DNA from: Bugula neritina
Taxonomy: Eukaryota; Animalia; Bryozoa
NCBI GenBank assembly: GCA_964035545.1
Contig: OZ037768.1
Location: 3,938,741-4,002,740 of the forward strand
DNA: 64,000 nucleotides
Direction of reading: 5' to 3'
Made by a program: the position numbers and the translations under genes. How positions within the stretch are numbered: the stretch's first letter is position 1; the number at the start of each line of letters is the position of its first letter. Shown one piece after another: positions 40,520-58,281 of the stretch. Below the pieces are notes generated by a model. The model had not been told where the DNA came from. It worked only from the letters and a program-made list of their open reading frames with translations, and searched no databases.

Positions 40520-43500
40520 ATGATTTGGGTAAAGGCTACTATCTACTTCATAGAGTCTTTAATTAAGCCACTATATGTTAGTGGTATAGACATCATTGAA
40601 GCTGTGCAGACGAGTTTTAAGGTATAGTTTTATTTATAATTATTTTTATTTTATATATCAATATGACTATAATTATTTATATTATTGTAATTAACTATAT
40701 TATCATATATTTTATTCTATTACATATTGATATGATTACTTCTAACAGTTTCTAGAAGATAACAGATCTAAATCATTTTGTATAGTTGTATATTTAAATT
40801 ACATATGTTGTACATTATACTAATATACTATTAATGTAACTAATTATGTTACCATATATCATAATTGTATTATGTGGTCACTGCTTACAGCCTTTTAAAT
40901 AACATTTTGTATTATTAAAAAGATAATAGAGCTAAAAATACAGTTGTAATTAGTTTGCTTCCTATTTTACTAGCAATAATTAAAAAGCAATTTGAAGTTG
41001 TCTGAAATTGCAGGTTATACATATATTGTGTGAAAGAAATACCATTTATATCTCGATCCAAGTTGTAGTTATGTCAAAACTAGCAACATATTAAAATTTA
41101 AAAAATAAAACGGAATTGCCTCATCCAAATTTACAAGTTATAACTTATAATTGTTGAAACTGCTTACGAGTAATGTCTATACACTTCCGTAATCATTGTA
41201 GATGTGGCAACCTCTTCTATATGCAGTATATCAGCTGGCTGATCCATGGTTTATGTATACTATACTATTTCCTGTCATATACTACCACAGCATGCGAATG
41301 GGGCTCAGACTAGTTTGGGCTGCTGCTGTCACTCAATACGTCTGCATGATATTCAAACTGTACGGACTATAACTTACGACTTTTACTTACGTTCATTGTT
41401 CATACACGAGTGTTGGTTTAATAATATACTTTTAAAAAATTAATTTCAATGTTCACCTATTTTGAAGACCTCTTATCTTTATTATGTTTGCAGATTGCTA
41501 CATGGACACAGGCCTTATTGGTACGCCTATGAATCAATATATCATATTTCAAGTCCAAAAATAAAGCAATTTGAATGCGAGTCAACTCCAGGTAAAGAAG
41601 ACAACTCCAAATAAGTAAAACTATATTTTGTATTTTTCTGTGTGTGTGTGTGCGTGTGTGCGTGTGTGCGTGTGCGCGTGTGCGCGTGTGCGCGTGTGCG
41701 CGTGTGCGCGTGTGTGCGTGTGCGTGTGTGCGTGTGTGCGTGTGTGTGCGTGTGTGTGTGTGTGTGCGTGCGTGCGTGTGTGTGTGTGTGTGTGTGCGCG
41801 TGTGTTCAATTATATTAATAATTATTATTACATTACTTTCAGCCTGTCCATCGGAGAAGGTTATGGTTACTGCCTGTATTACACATATTCTTGCTGAACA
41901 TTACTGTAAGTGTAGAGGACTTTCGGCACAGTGTGAGTAAGTTGTCACTACGACTTAAAACTTCCACACCTTCTATTTAATTTTTATTATCATACAAGAT
42001 TTCTTAGCAATGATTACAAAGGACTATGGTTTATAATAGCTATTTTTAGAACAGCATCGCCATATAAAAGTATACTTTTTTATTTCTGTTCTTTTTATGA
42101 ATTTTACTACATTTATGATATATATTAAATTATTCAATTATTCATTTTCAATACTAGTTCATGGTAAACACCCAAATTAAGTTGCATAAATTTCAAAGTT
42201 ATGGCCTTTTGTACAGGTTTTTATTTTCAAGTCTTCGTATTACAATATATTTACATATTTGTTTATGTTTGTAGAAAATACAAGTTTATCTTTGTATGGT
42301 TTATATATGGTGGTATTCAATTACTTCTCTTTATAAGTACAGCATATATGGCTTCCACTTTCCCACATCAAGCTCTTCTCAGTACTTTAATGGGTAAGCT
42401 CATACTAATATATCCTACAATAGAAACAGGGCTTGTATTAACCAATATTTTTTAGAAAATTTGTTATAGTTTATATAGCTCAGGTCTATAAACCCAAAAA
42501 TATCTGCAAACTGTTAGTAGTCATTTGATATTTATCTTCCAGTAAGAGTTTCGTGTACTTTACAGCATTCTGATGCTTAGATGGTTTTGGTGGTAGTCAG
42601 CCTATAACTAATTAGTTTTATGTAATGTACAACTTTTTTTATTAAAACTGTTATTTGCTTCACTTAGAATCTACATAACCAAACAAATTGCATGCAACTA
42701 CACTGCACCATGGCACAACTTCATATTTTTTGTATTAGGAACTTTAATATCAAAAAGAATGTATCGGACCAATGTATTGGATATAACATTCACTGGGTTT
42801 GCATGGATGATGGTTTCAATGTTGAGCACTCTGTGTGCCACCTACACAGTATTGCAATGGATTGGCTATGATCCAGCCTGGTCTATGACTAAGACCTCAT
42901 TGGCCTGTGCCAATATTGTATGGAAAGATTTGGAGAGGTACAAGCTTGTAGAGAACGCAATTCGAGCTTCTGGTTTTTTGACAGGTGAGCTAATTTCAGC
43001 TCAGCTGCTGTTACAACACATTATACAATAAAATGTATATTCACAAAATTTTAGGTTCAAGCTTTTACATAATTTGTAGTCAAATTAACACCATCTCACT
43101 GCTGACTCAGATTCCTTCAAATGCAAATATTATATAAACTTATTAGTCTTTATAAACTAATACCATAAATATGTTGTACTATAATATAGTTCATAATATA
43201 ATATAAAGTGCATGAGTTCTTATTGACTGTTGTTGTAGGAGTGGGGGTATCCATATCCTTCCTCAACTTTAAAAGTTTGAAGATCACAGATAAATGTTTA
43301 ATAAAGGTGAAAATAATTCACATTTGCGTCGGTATTGCGTTTGTCATACCACTTGATCTCTATCTGCAGCCCCCTGTACTGTTACACCCAGTTGCCCACT
43401 ATGTCTTCCAATTCATTAAGTATGCCATACTCCCTAACCTTGTCATCAATGATATACCAATGATAACAGGAGTGAGCAAGGTACAGTATTTTCTAATCTT

Positions 43501-43898
43501 AACACTTGTTTACTGTACATTATATTCTAATCTTAACGATTGTTTATGTTAAAAACTTTTATTGGATTTGATTTATTGCTGATTTGATACTTTTTAACAC
43601 ACTCTGTTTAATAACCTAGATTATTTTCTATCTATAGTTGCTGATAGCAGTGATTTGTGAAGGAAGAAATAAAGATGAAATATTTAAAAGGCTCTCTGGA
43701 GATCCAATGATACAGTCAACTGATGTGGTAGGGGTCCCATGTCTTCTCAATCAAGGGGAGTGTGCATTCTACAAGAGCTGTGAGAAGCCACACCCACAAG
43801 ATGAGAAGCCACATCCACAAGATGAGAAGCCACGCCCAAAAGATGCTCAGTTTGTTGAAAGAACGCCACCAGTAAGTATGATACAAGCTATGTTATAA
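40520..43898 (+). CDS. Glucose-6-phosphatase-like protein 2 (tandem paralog), predicted catalytically inactive; 8 exons
   Basis: Exons 40520-40621, 41202-41359, 41494-41591, 41843-41936, 42275-42393, 42739-42984, 43239-43480, 43638-43898. Same exon structure as copy 1, with [28 protein letters not shown] and GYDPAWS. Confidence 0.9.
41638..41805. repeat. Alternating purine-pyrimidine (TG/CG)n microsatellite filling most of a G6PC-like 2 intron
   Basis: Directly visible; accounts for the spurious ORFs at 41621-41940. Confidence 0.95.
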
Positions 43899-44576
43899 GT
43901 ATAAACACAGTGAGAATTGTAGTTGCATATATAGGCGTTAACAGAAGCTACTATCCTTTATAGAAATTGTTGAACTTGATTTCTTTTTGAAGATGAGGAA
44001 AAGGAAGAAGAGACTTGTGAGACATCAGGAAGATATGGCACACCTTTAACTGTTTGATGTTGGGTTACTGGTCGGTGATGATCACAGCTGTCACCTTGGA
44101 GTATTTTATGTAACATTATCTGTACCAATAAGTTTATTGTTAATAATAAATTGCTATATATAACAAATTGTCTCAATTATAGCTTTTGTGTATTTCTGTA
44201 AAACAAGATCAATAATCAGATAATAAGGGTAGGAAATATCTTCACAAATTTATATAGTCATATAGCTGCTGTATAATCGGCCATCACAATTATGCTCTTG
44301 AATTTATGAAATCCGTTTGATTTGAGGTTAATTGTACATTGCGAAAGAATTAATGTAAATATTAGCCAACAGCTCTAATGTTTCATGTGTTTGATTTGTT
44401 CTCTATGGATAAATTTCAATTCAACAAAAACACAACCCGTTAGAACACGGCATGCAAGGCTGTTGAGATGCAGGTACTTAGCATGAATCTCAATAACGCC
44501 AGGATTGTTAAATATGTAATGGCTACGTTACCACTCTGTGATTTTCTTCTTATATAGCTGTAATATTTGAACGATT

Positions 44577-47500
44577 ATGGTAAGTGATTTTAGAGCCTTC
44601 ATAGCCATAATATATTGAACGTGAATTGTGATAATAGAAATACAATAATTGAATCAATTGAATTATTTTAGCAGTATAATATTATCTGCTTGTATTCTTA
44701 TTTTGCTAGTCTATATGTTGGCTTATTTATTGCATGTTGGTTTTTTTATCAATTTATTACCAAAGTCAATGTTATTAATAAAAAATCATAAAAAGAAACA
44801 TAATCAAACTTTAATAGCATAACTATTAGCATTATTCATAAATGTTTCTCAGTTACTATCTGTGAAAGCCTATAATTAGGGTTAATTCTAAATGTTTATT
44901 AGGTGCTTATCACAAGTGTATTATGATTTCAGGCTCAAGTTGAACAAGGGGCCGACTTCAGTAGGATAAATCACGTGATACTGGAAGATGAGGAAATATC
45001 AGACGACTGTCAGAAAAGTGCGGATCACTCACCACAGCTGCCAAATGGCAATGTGATGCCAGATAAAGTAGCTGCATACAGAAAAAATGCTAAAAGTACT
45101 CTTGTCAAAATTAGAAATGCTCAAAAATTCATTGCCCGTATTCGAAATCAGATGTATGAGTTACGGAAACTAACTGCTAAAGACAAGGCCAAACATTATA
45201 TAGGCCAAAGCAGAAAACCTGGTAGTTTGAAGGTATTTCGAAAATATTTTATGACTTCTCAGTTTATTTGTTCAATAAAGCACTTAGAGTTAAATAATTT
45301 AATCACCTTAAAGTATAAAGAAAAGGTTAGGAAGCAGTGATGGTTCAAGGGACGCAGCGTTGACACAGCATGACTCAAACATGTGCTAGGTCTTGTTTCA
45401 AATCTGTGCATAAGTGCTAAAAACTAACATATCCAATTAGAATTGCTCCTTTGTCATAGTAAAAATGTCCTCAAACCGTGTTGCTAGCATGGTGGGTGGT
45501 ACAGCCTTCAACAGGCCACTTAAAAATCTAGCCGTGCACCAGGGTTTCTCACAAGTATGAAGACATTTAATAATGGAGCTTGCTGTAAGAAAATAGGTTC
45601 TGAGTTTATGTAATTATGGATAATTTAAGAGTTTTCTCATTTGGTGATTACTTTTTATTCCAATTTGGTGCGGGTCATTCTGCTATGACAATTTATGAAA
45701 CAAATTTATGTCAGACAGCTGCTGCTGCACTTCTACTGCACATATATAAACAGCTAACCATAGCAGGTCAAATAGTATAGCTAGCATTATATGCATAGCA
45801 AAAGCATCAGTTATGCTGGAATTATTTAACCCTGTACGTTGTTAATTAATGTAGCTTATAAGTTATAAATACTTCAATTTTATGAAACTGTAGCCTATAA
45901 CGCTGCCCAAAGAACATGGGTTAGATAAGAGATCATCAATGGGAAACATGGCTTCATTTGTGGATGGTAACACTACCCAACCCAACTTGCTAAGACAGAG
46001 GATGAGTAGAGCAGATCTATTTGCCAGACAATCCATTACAGGTTTGACAGGATCTGGAAATTTCCCAGAGGTTCATAACAGAAAGAGAATTAGAAAGAGA
46101 GTAGGTGTAGCATGTATAAATATAATACAGTAGAACGTTGTAACTATGTAATATTAAAGTTAAATTGTACTGTTTGATAAATACAACACACAATGTTGTT
46201 TATTTATTATAAACTCAGTATACATATAATATGCTAGCAGTAAATGTTGAATGTTATACGTAAACAACATAACTAGACAACTATAGAACTTATATTTGCT
46301 GTACAAATCTCATATACATTAGTAACTGTATATAAAGTAACCATTGCTTATAACTAAATATAACTTATAACGATATATAACTAAGATTCAAACCTGGGAT
46401 CTTCAGCTTCTTGGTTTTAAACTGAAATTAGATTTATAATTAAATGTTATTACATGATGTATTGCAACTTGTCAATTTCCATCACCAAATTATTAAAGCT
46501 CAAAAAATTCTATCAAAACTAAAGTTTTAAGAGAATAATTTGGATTTTTCAAATTTTATATATTATTTTAATGTTTCATTGTCATTGCTTGCCTCTAAAA
46601 TTTTTTGATGTTGTCATAGAGACCAGATTTAGGAAGAAAGTTCAAGGCTGCAGCCTGGATATCAATATTAATACGGAGATTATGTCTAGCAAATTTAAGG
46701 TAAGTAAATAATATTTATACATGTTAAGTTCATTAGGATAATCATTAGATTCAGGTCTAACATGTTGTATGATGATATTGCACTCCAGTCATCTAACTAG
46801 CATAACATGTTGGGATATTATAGCTTAAACCACATCACTTACATTAAAGTCAGTTGTGAAATTAAATTGATTGAGTTTTTGAAAAGTAATTGATAGGGGA
46901 AACAGGATTTAATTCTTATGAGCTGTATACATGGGCATTATAATATAAACAGATAAAACCATTAGAGTGCTGCTATAGTCTAAACAGATATCGTGCAAGG
47001 ACATGTATAACATGATGATGGCCATTTGTGTATTGATTTTATACTATTCTATGTGAAATTACCAGCTTGAATACCATTGAACATGAGCCTGTTCTATTTT
47101 ACTAGTTGTTTATGAATCACACATTGCCCATTACATTTTTAAAATAGCCTTTGTCTAATTCAAAAAAAAATTAATATTTATCTATTGTCATATGCTAAAA
47201 ATAGTTATAAGGTACCATTAAAATGAGAGAGAGCAAAAAGCTTAAGCTATTTATATACTGAGCTGCTCATAATGCCTTGATCACGAAGTAAAAACTATTA
47301 TTGTTTAAATATGACTTTTGTACATAAAGTATGTTAAATAACATACAAGGTTTAGTGTATGTAACAGTTAAGTGATCTGTGTAAGTTAGCTTTGCCAGTA
47401 GCAACCTGGTGTTAAACAAACACATCATTACAATGTATGTTTAATCAGTTAATGAATCAGGTCGATTATTTTGTTCTCGGGGATGGGAAAATCAATCAAA

Positions 47501-47593
47501 ACGGAAGATCAAAAATATCAAATTACATCTTTCAATATAAACTTTCCAATTTAGTTTGTGGCTTTTTGACAAAGCTCTTTTCATCTGTGTAGG

Positions 47594-47654
<61 letters not shown>

Positions 47655-50600
47655 CAGTATGTTGTATGCCCTATTTCTTCAAATATTTTATTATTAAAAC
47701 TACCAAGTTTATTACAGTGAGCCCATTATATTCATGTTTTGGGTCTATTTTTAGAAATTCAGAAGATAGTGACTCACCGTACATGAAGAATATAAAGTTT
47801 GTAGACAACATGGTTAAGGAAAGCCAAGGAAACCTTCTCTTTAGTGTCGAGGAGTTTAAGGCAAACAGAGAGGTAAAACTTGTAAATTTACACATGTCAT
47901 AACTCACTGAAACCAAATATGCATTTACATACAATTTATATATAAACATTATAAATTAAAATGTGAATTTAAAAAGGTATTAGCATCTTATTTGCTGTGA
48001 TATTTATTCACTGCTATCAACCTACTCAGTGTGCCACATTGAGGCTAGCTTTTGGGGAAAGCCCACACCCAATTGTTATAATTATATTATATTAATGCTC
48101 AATAACTATACAGCTTCCATATGCATGAGTATAACAACTATAATATTAACAGCTTCACTGCCCAGTTCCATAACACTGTTGGGTAATAGTTTGCATCTTT
48201 TAAAATTAAATTTAATAACAAACATTTCATTTTTACATTAAAGCTTTTATAATAGAAAGAAACTCATATTAATGCTCAATAAAATTTTCACTTGCAGAAT
48301 AGTAAATTCTTTGGTTAAAAACTTATGCAGTCAGTTTAGAATAATTGGGTTCAAATGTTGGAGTAGCACCATTTTGGATACAAAGTTTATGTGTGGAAGT
48401 TGCCTGCTCAATATAATTCAAAATACTTGTAGATGAGAATGTCGGAGGTGTCTAAACATATATTGATTAAACCACGGTGGGCCAGGACAGAGCAGGAGCT
48501 GCTACACGTACAGATTATACTACGCAGTATCAAAGACTATGCAGACTATCCGGTGGCCATACAGAGGAAGATAGCAGAAGTTGGTGAATATTTAAAGTAC
48601 GAATCTCGACGCATCATCGTGAGAGAAGGTCACCCAGCGTGGAACTTCTACTTTATACTCTCTGGCTCAGGTAGGCGAGAACAGGAAATGGTGCTTGAGC
48701 GTGCCCAGTAGGAACATAATGGTACCTCCATACACTAGTGGAGCATCATCTGTTATATAAACAATCAGAGCAATGTATGTATACTAAATCAAGCAAAATT
48801 ATATATTTTTGACCCAATTCTTTTGCTGACTATTAATATTATGATGGCCTTTAATCACAAAGCACTTTTGATGGACTATTTTGTAGTTGTGGTGCTAGTA
48901 ATGGATGAAGATAGAGCATTTGTGAAACCTAAGGCTATTCTGAGGAAGGGGCAAAGTTTTGGAGAGCTGGCAATAATTCATGGAGATAAGAGAAGGTCTA
49001 CAGTGGTGGCCATGGAAGAAACGGAAATGCTTTCCATATGGTTTGAGGTGATTTGCTCGGTATTGTTATATTGAAGTAATGTACTCCATATGTTACAGTG
49101 TAGAGTTTTTAAACTTTATAAAAATCGTGCATAGCAGAGTGTGCTTTGCATCAGTTAAAATGTTTTTATACTTGCATACCATATCACAACATAATAATAT
49201 ATTATGCAGTACTATTAGCCATATTATGGTATAATATACGTTGGTCAAACTCTATTGAAGTTTAATGGACATAACATCAAAGTTATACACTATAAGATTA
49301 CAACTTTGTTTTAGGTAAAAGTACATTATGTATTGTATATTATACACTATATATTATATTTCACATATTATGCGTTGTAGATTGTATATTACATACTGTA
49401 TATTATATATAGTTGATTAAATATTATATATGATATATTGCATTATACATAGCGTAAATTATATGTTATATACTATATATTCTAATACATTACACAGTGT
49501 ATATTACAGCACAAGGATGCTGTGTTTTAATGTAGGATTACGAAGCTATATTTATGGATGGGGGCGTATCAAAAGCCGATGATGAGTTTGTTAAAGAGCT
49601 CAACTTCCTCCAAGGCTGGCCCATTGAGATAGCTGATAATCATTCAGATCTCTTTCGCTATTACTTCTACAAGTATGGGCCAACTTTTCCCTTGTAATAC
49701 ATGTCATGAATTGCTAGATATAGTTGTAACTTCAACTTTTGTAATTTATGCAAAATTCTCAAAAACCAGTGTTTAAGAAATTATAAGCTCTCACTTTTAA
49801 GATTCCAGTATATAATGTTTTCAGAGTCAAAATTGGGGAACTTTTCTGCTCAAATCTATAAACTAGTAATTGCAAAAATATAAATAAAATTATTTAGCAT
49901 TTATTTTGTCATAAGCTGCTAGCTTGAAGGCAAAGGTGTATTTTTATGTAAACTTTAATGGGACATCTGATCAGGATGAGACAACTTAATATCCTAATAG
50001 ATACTGTAGTACTGTATGGCTCAAACACCACAGCAGGTGAAACTTTTCAATGTATTTTCTCCAACATACTTGAAGGCGAGGTGAAATAGTGGTGAGAGAC
50101 AGTAACAGATCAAACTGGATAATTGTTGTCAAATCTGGCAGTCTGAAGGTGATGAAGAGACTGAGAAAGGTGGAGGCTTTTGAATGGCGTAGGAACCCTG
50201 CAGAGAATAAAGCAGGTGGTTATTCTATGACTGAAATACTTCTGTATGATCGTATATTCATACTCTGTATGATCATATATTCATACTCCTGTATGGTAAT
50301 ATATTGGGTGAAAGTATGAGAATCGCTGTTAGGTACAGAGATTTACATTTTAGCTTAGCTTATGATTTCTTGCTTTTAGGTTGGCCTGAGCTATGACTTC
50401 TTTATTCTATGGTCAAATAACTTCTTATGCTGCAAATGTTATCTAACACAACACTGTTTGAAAGATATGTAATTTTTAAACCAGTCTCAATAATTATTGA
50501 TGATGCACAGGCTTTGATGAGTTGATATACTGAAGAAAACTTTTTTCAGTTGAAATAGGTGAAGGGCTAGAAAAAGCTGTCGATTCACTAACTCTAGCCA

Positions 50601-52968
50601 ACATGGATGCTGTGATGACTAAGACAACAAAAAATCAAAAATTTAAAACACTTGACAGGAAACACTTCAAAAGGAAATCAACAAAATCTCATCTGAATTC
50701 AGTAGAGCTCTCACTCAGCAACGTGAAAGAGATAGAGTCTTTAGGTAAGTTTAACAACTGCATATATAGACGGTGAGTCACTCATTGCTATAGTAAAGAG
50801 TAAAAAGTTTATATTATTGTTGTTATATTTTGTTAATCAAGCTATGTCTTTGATTTCATAAGCTGATTTTAGTGGTAAATGAAAACTGAAGCTATTGATA
50901 AATCAGTATTCATTACTAAGCAGCTTTTAAAAAACTTGATATATTTAACTGAAATGTAAATCAACAATAATATAGAAAAGGTGTTATGTTATTACAAGTT
51001 CTGATAATGTTTAATATATAGGAAAAAATGTTTCTTATGCATAACTTTTAAACAGCTAAATACAATTATTGTAATTAGTTATTAAGAGAATTTGTTTCAT
51101 GCTTGTCTAAAGAAATTTATAAGCCATGTTTGAATACTTCACCAGACTCCACTTCATTTCATCAAGAAATCTTGAATGCTTCCAATGATCTGGATATGGG
51201 ATATCAAAGGTCAGGGAGAGAAGTAGATCCTGACACTGAGATGAACCCCATGTTTGTACACATTCAAACTTTAACAAAGGGACAAGTCTTTGTGAGTATA
51301 AAATGCATCTATTGTGGGGTAGTCAATTATATTTAATAAGCTTATTTTACAGAGTTATCAACCCTTGCAACAAGGCTAAGTTCAGAATATAGAATGCTTA
51401 GCTTGAGTATTTCACTGGTATTTTTGGTTGTGTGAATTACTCATTATTTTAATTTACACTTTTAAAAGAAAATCTGTTAAAATAAATGCCTAATAAATAC
51501 TTTGACTTTATTACGATAAGCTATCATCAAATTATTGCATACCTAAGAACAAAGGGTATGCACTATCCTTTCAACTTCCCCTTTTGATAAAGCCTAATTT
51601 CATCACTAGATTTACATTTGCTAACTGATACTGTGTAGCCTGTGTTTTAACTGTGATGCCAATTTGCAGAACTTTTTTCTGCAGTAGATAAACTATTTCT
51701 GCAGTAGATAATAAGTTGAGATTTTATTTTCTACCGTCTTTATTATACCTCAGTGAAAGCCAGTATATGCAAATTTTCAACAGCAGTGTGTTTAACAAGA
51801 AAGTTTAAAACAATGCAGAAGTTTCTACATAAGGTTTAATTGTACATTCATAAGGTTATATATCTGTAATATATGGCAGGGACTATACGAGATTGTACTT
51901 GGCAAGCAGCCAAGCTTCTGTGTAGTGAGTAATGGAGCTGAAGTCATCATGATTGACAAAAACTTTTATGCAGAACATATGAAAGATGAAACCATGAAAA
52001 GAGTTCGCCAAGAGGTAAGGCCGGGTGGTAGACTGACTATTGAAAAACAATACACCTAAGTTTGTACTTGTATGGCACATAAAATGATGATCAATAATGT
52101 TGATTTAATACTACTATATGTGATATGGTATTATATTATGTCATAGTATCTCAAGCTGTGATATTATTATAGGATAGTACCATGGAAGCTAGTGTGCACT
52201 AGATTGTAGAATGTATATTAGGTTGTCATTAACCAGGGTTGGGGTAATTGTAATTTGTAATTGTAATTGGTTGTAATTAATTACATTTTTTCAAGTAATT
52301 GAATGTAATTTGTAATTGATGTATAAAAATGTAATTGTAATTGTAATTGTAATTAATTACATATCTAATGTAATTGATTTTTACAATTACTTTATAATTA
52401 CATGTCAACTACTTCAAACTTTGAAATCCTAAAAGTTTCATATTTTTCCTACCATGCCTACTGTTAAATAACAAATTCAGATTAATTGTCAATGTGGTAT
52501 AGTATCACTGTTGAGTACAAAGAAGGTTCAGCACTGTCAAAATTGCCCCTGCTAGTTGGACCCTAGAAGTGAAATTGCATAACTTCTATTTATCTCTTGC
52601 GAGAACAAAAGTAATTGTAATTGTAATTAATTACATTGCCATGTAATTGTAATTGTAATTGTAATTAATTACATTACTATTTGACTGTAATTATAATTGT
52701 AATTGTAATTGACAAATTATCATGTAATTGTAATTGTAATTAATTACATTCACATGTAATTGGCCCCAACCCTGTCATTAACACATAGTTATAAACTAAA
52801 CCTATTTTAAAGATAGCTGCTATATAATTTTAGGCTCAAGCCTATCCTAGTGACAGCGAACTTCAGAGCAATTTACAAGTCACGGTTGATTGGGATGCGT
52901 ATAAAATAGCGACTCTCAAATCGGCAGTTCGTAGAAACCCTAGAATCAGCAGAAACTTGTGCAAATAA
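44577..52968 (+). CDS. Cyclic nucleotide-binding domain protein, CNBD2-like (two CNB domains)
   Basis: ATG-only first exon (ATG|GTAAGT at 44577), then exons approx. 44933-45232, 45894-46100, 46620-46699, 47755-47872, 48433-48670, 48887-49047, 49536-49672, 50076-50215, 50550-50744, 51147-51291, 51881-52014 and 52833-52968. CNB motifs IIVREGHPAWNFYFILSG and GQSFGELAIIHGDKRRSTV; degenerate second domain WIIVVKSG...GQVFGL...VVSNGAEVI; C-terminal YPSD...W..YK. Confidence 0.8.
45334..45560 (+). mobile_element. Degenerate SINE-like interspersed repeat
   Basis: tRNA-like head and shared blocks with 59952-60150 (ATCCA...AATTG.TCCTTTG.CA; GGGTTTCTCACA) and with the minus-strand copy at ~62900-63045. 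Confidence 0.5.
47595..47651. repeat. (TA)n microsatellite
   Basis: Directly visible. Confidence 0.95.
52234..52774. mobile_element. Non-autonomous hAT-superfamily DNA transposon (MITE), 541 bp
   Basis: 11-bp perfect TIRs CAGGGTTGGGG / CCCCAACCCTG; exact 8-bp TSD TCATTAAC at 52226-52233 and 52775-52782; subterminal GTAATT/AATTAC arrays; no ORF. Confidence 0.92.
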
Positions 52969-53769
52969 TCTTTCATATTTTTTACTTCAACTTTTTGCAA
53001 TTTATTTATATCGTAGGTTAAATTATTTTTATATATAAATAGTTTTTTTTATATCTTATCTAAAATAGTTTGCATTAAGTATTCTTTATAACTTTGTGTA
53101 TATTTTGCACAGGCATAAGAATATAACATAGAATTTGGGACAAAAGTTAACTAATTGCTGGATGATTGAATAACTATTCTATGCAACACATAATACATCA
53201 TACTGCTAGCTAAATCATTTAGCAACTGAAGTTGAACCCAAAGCCTTTATGTTTTTCGATGTTTGATTGCCACAGAATGCTTTTTGTAGCTGCGCAATGT
53301 ATGGCATAATATTTTTATTTTTGTACCTTATTATAATTTTCTATAATAATTTTTTTAGTAAAATGTTCAAACTGAGTAGATTTTAAGAAACATTCAATAA
53401 TATTTGTTATCTAATATAAAAAATATATTAAATACTTCTCAGTAGGAGCATAAATTGTACATAATATAATGTAATAAATGCAAAATGATTTTTCTTTAAA
53501 CATAAGTTAAGTAAGATGCACACAAATAATATCCTTGTAATCCCAATATTATATAGGTTATGTAAGTAGTAAATGACAATGTAGTTATTCATAATTTATA
53601 GCATGTTTTTTAAATTGCATAAAGTAGCTGATGAGAACACACACAAAATTTACTCATACTTGTTATACAAATATACTTCGGTAGATAATATAATCGTAAC
53701 ATGTTAACATTTTCCCACATGCATACTGTGTTATTATACTGAACAGTAATTGGTCTTCTCCTTCTGGGT

Positions 53770-58267
<4,498 letters not shown>

Positions 58268-58281
58268 ATTCTATGCCAACA

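Noticed and set aside
35285-43898. G6PC-like genes as pseudogenes
   Set aside because: No stops or frameshifts and all splice sites are intact in both copies despite substantial divergence; better read as pseudo-enzymes.
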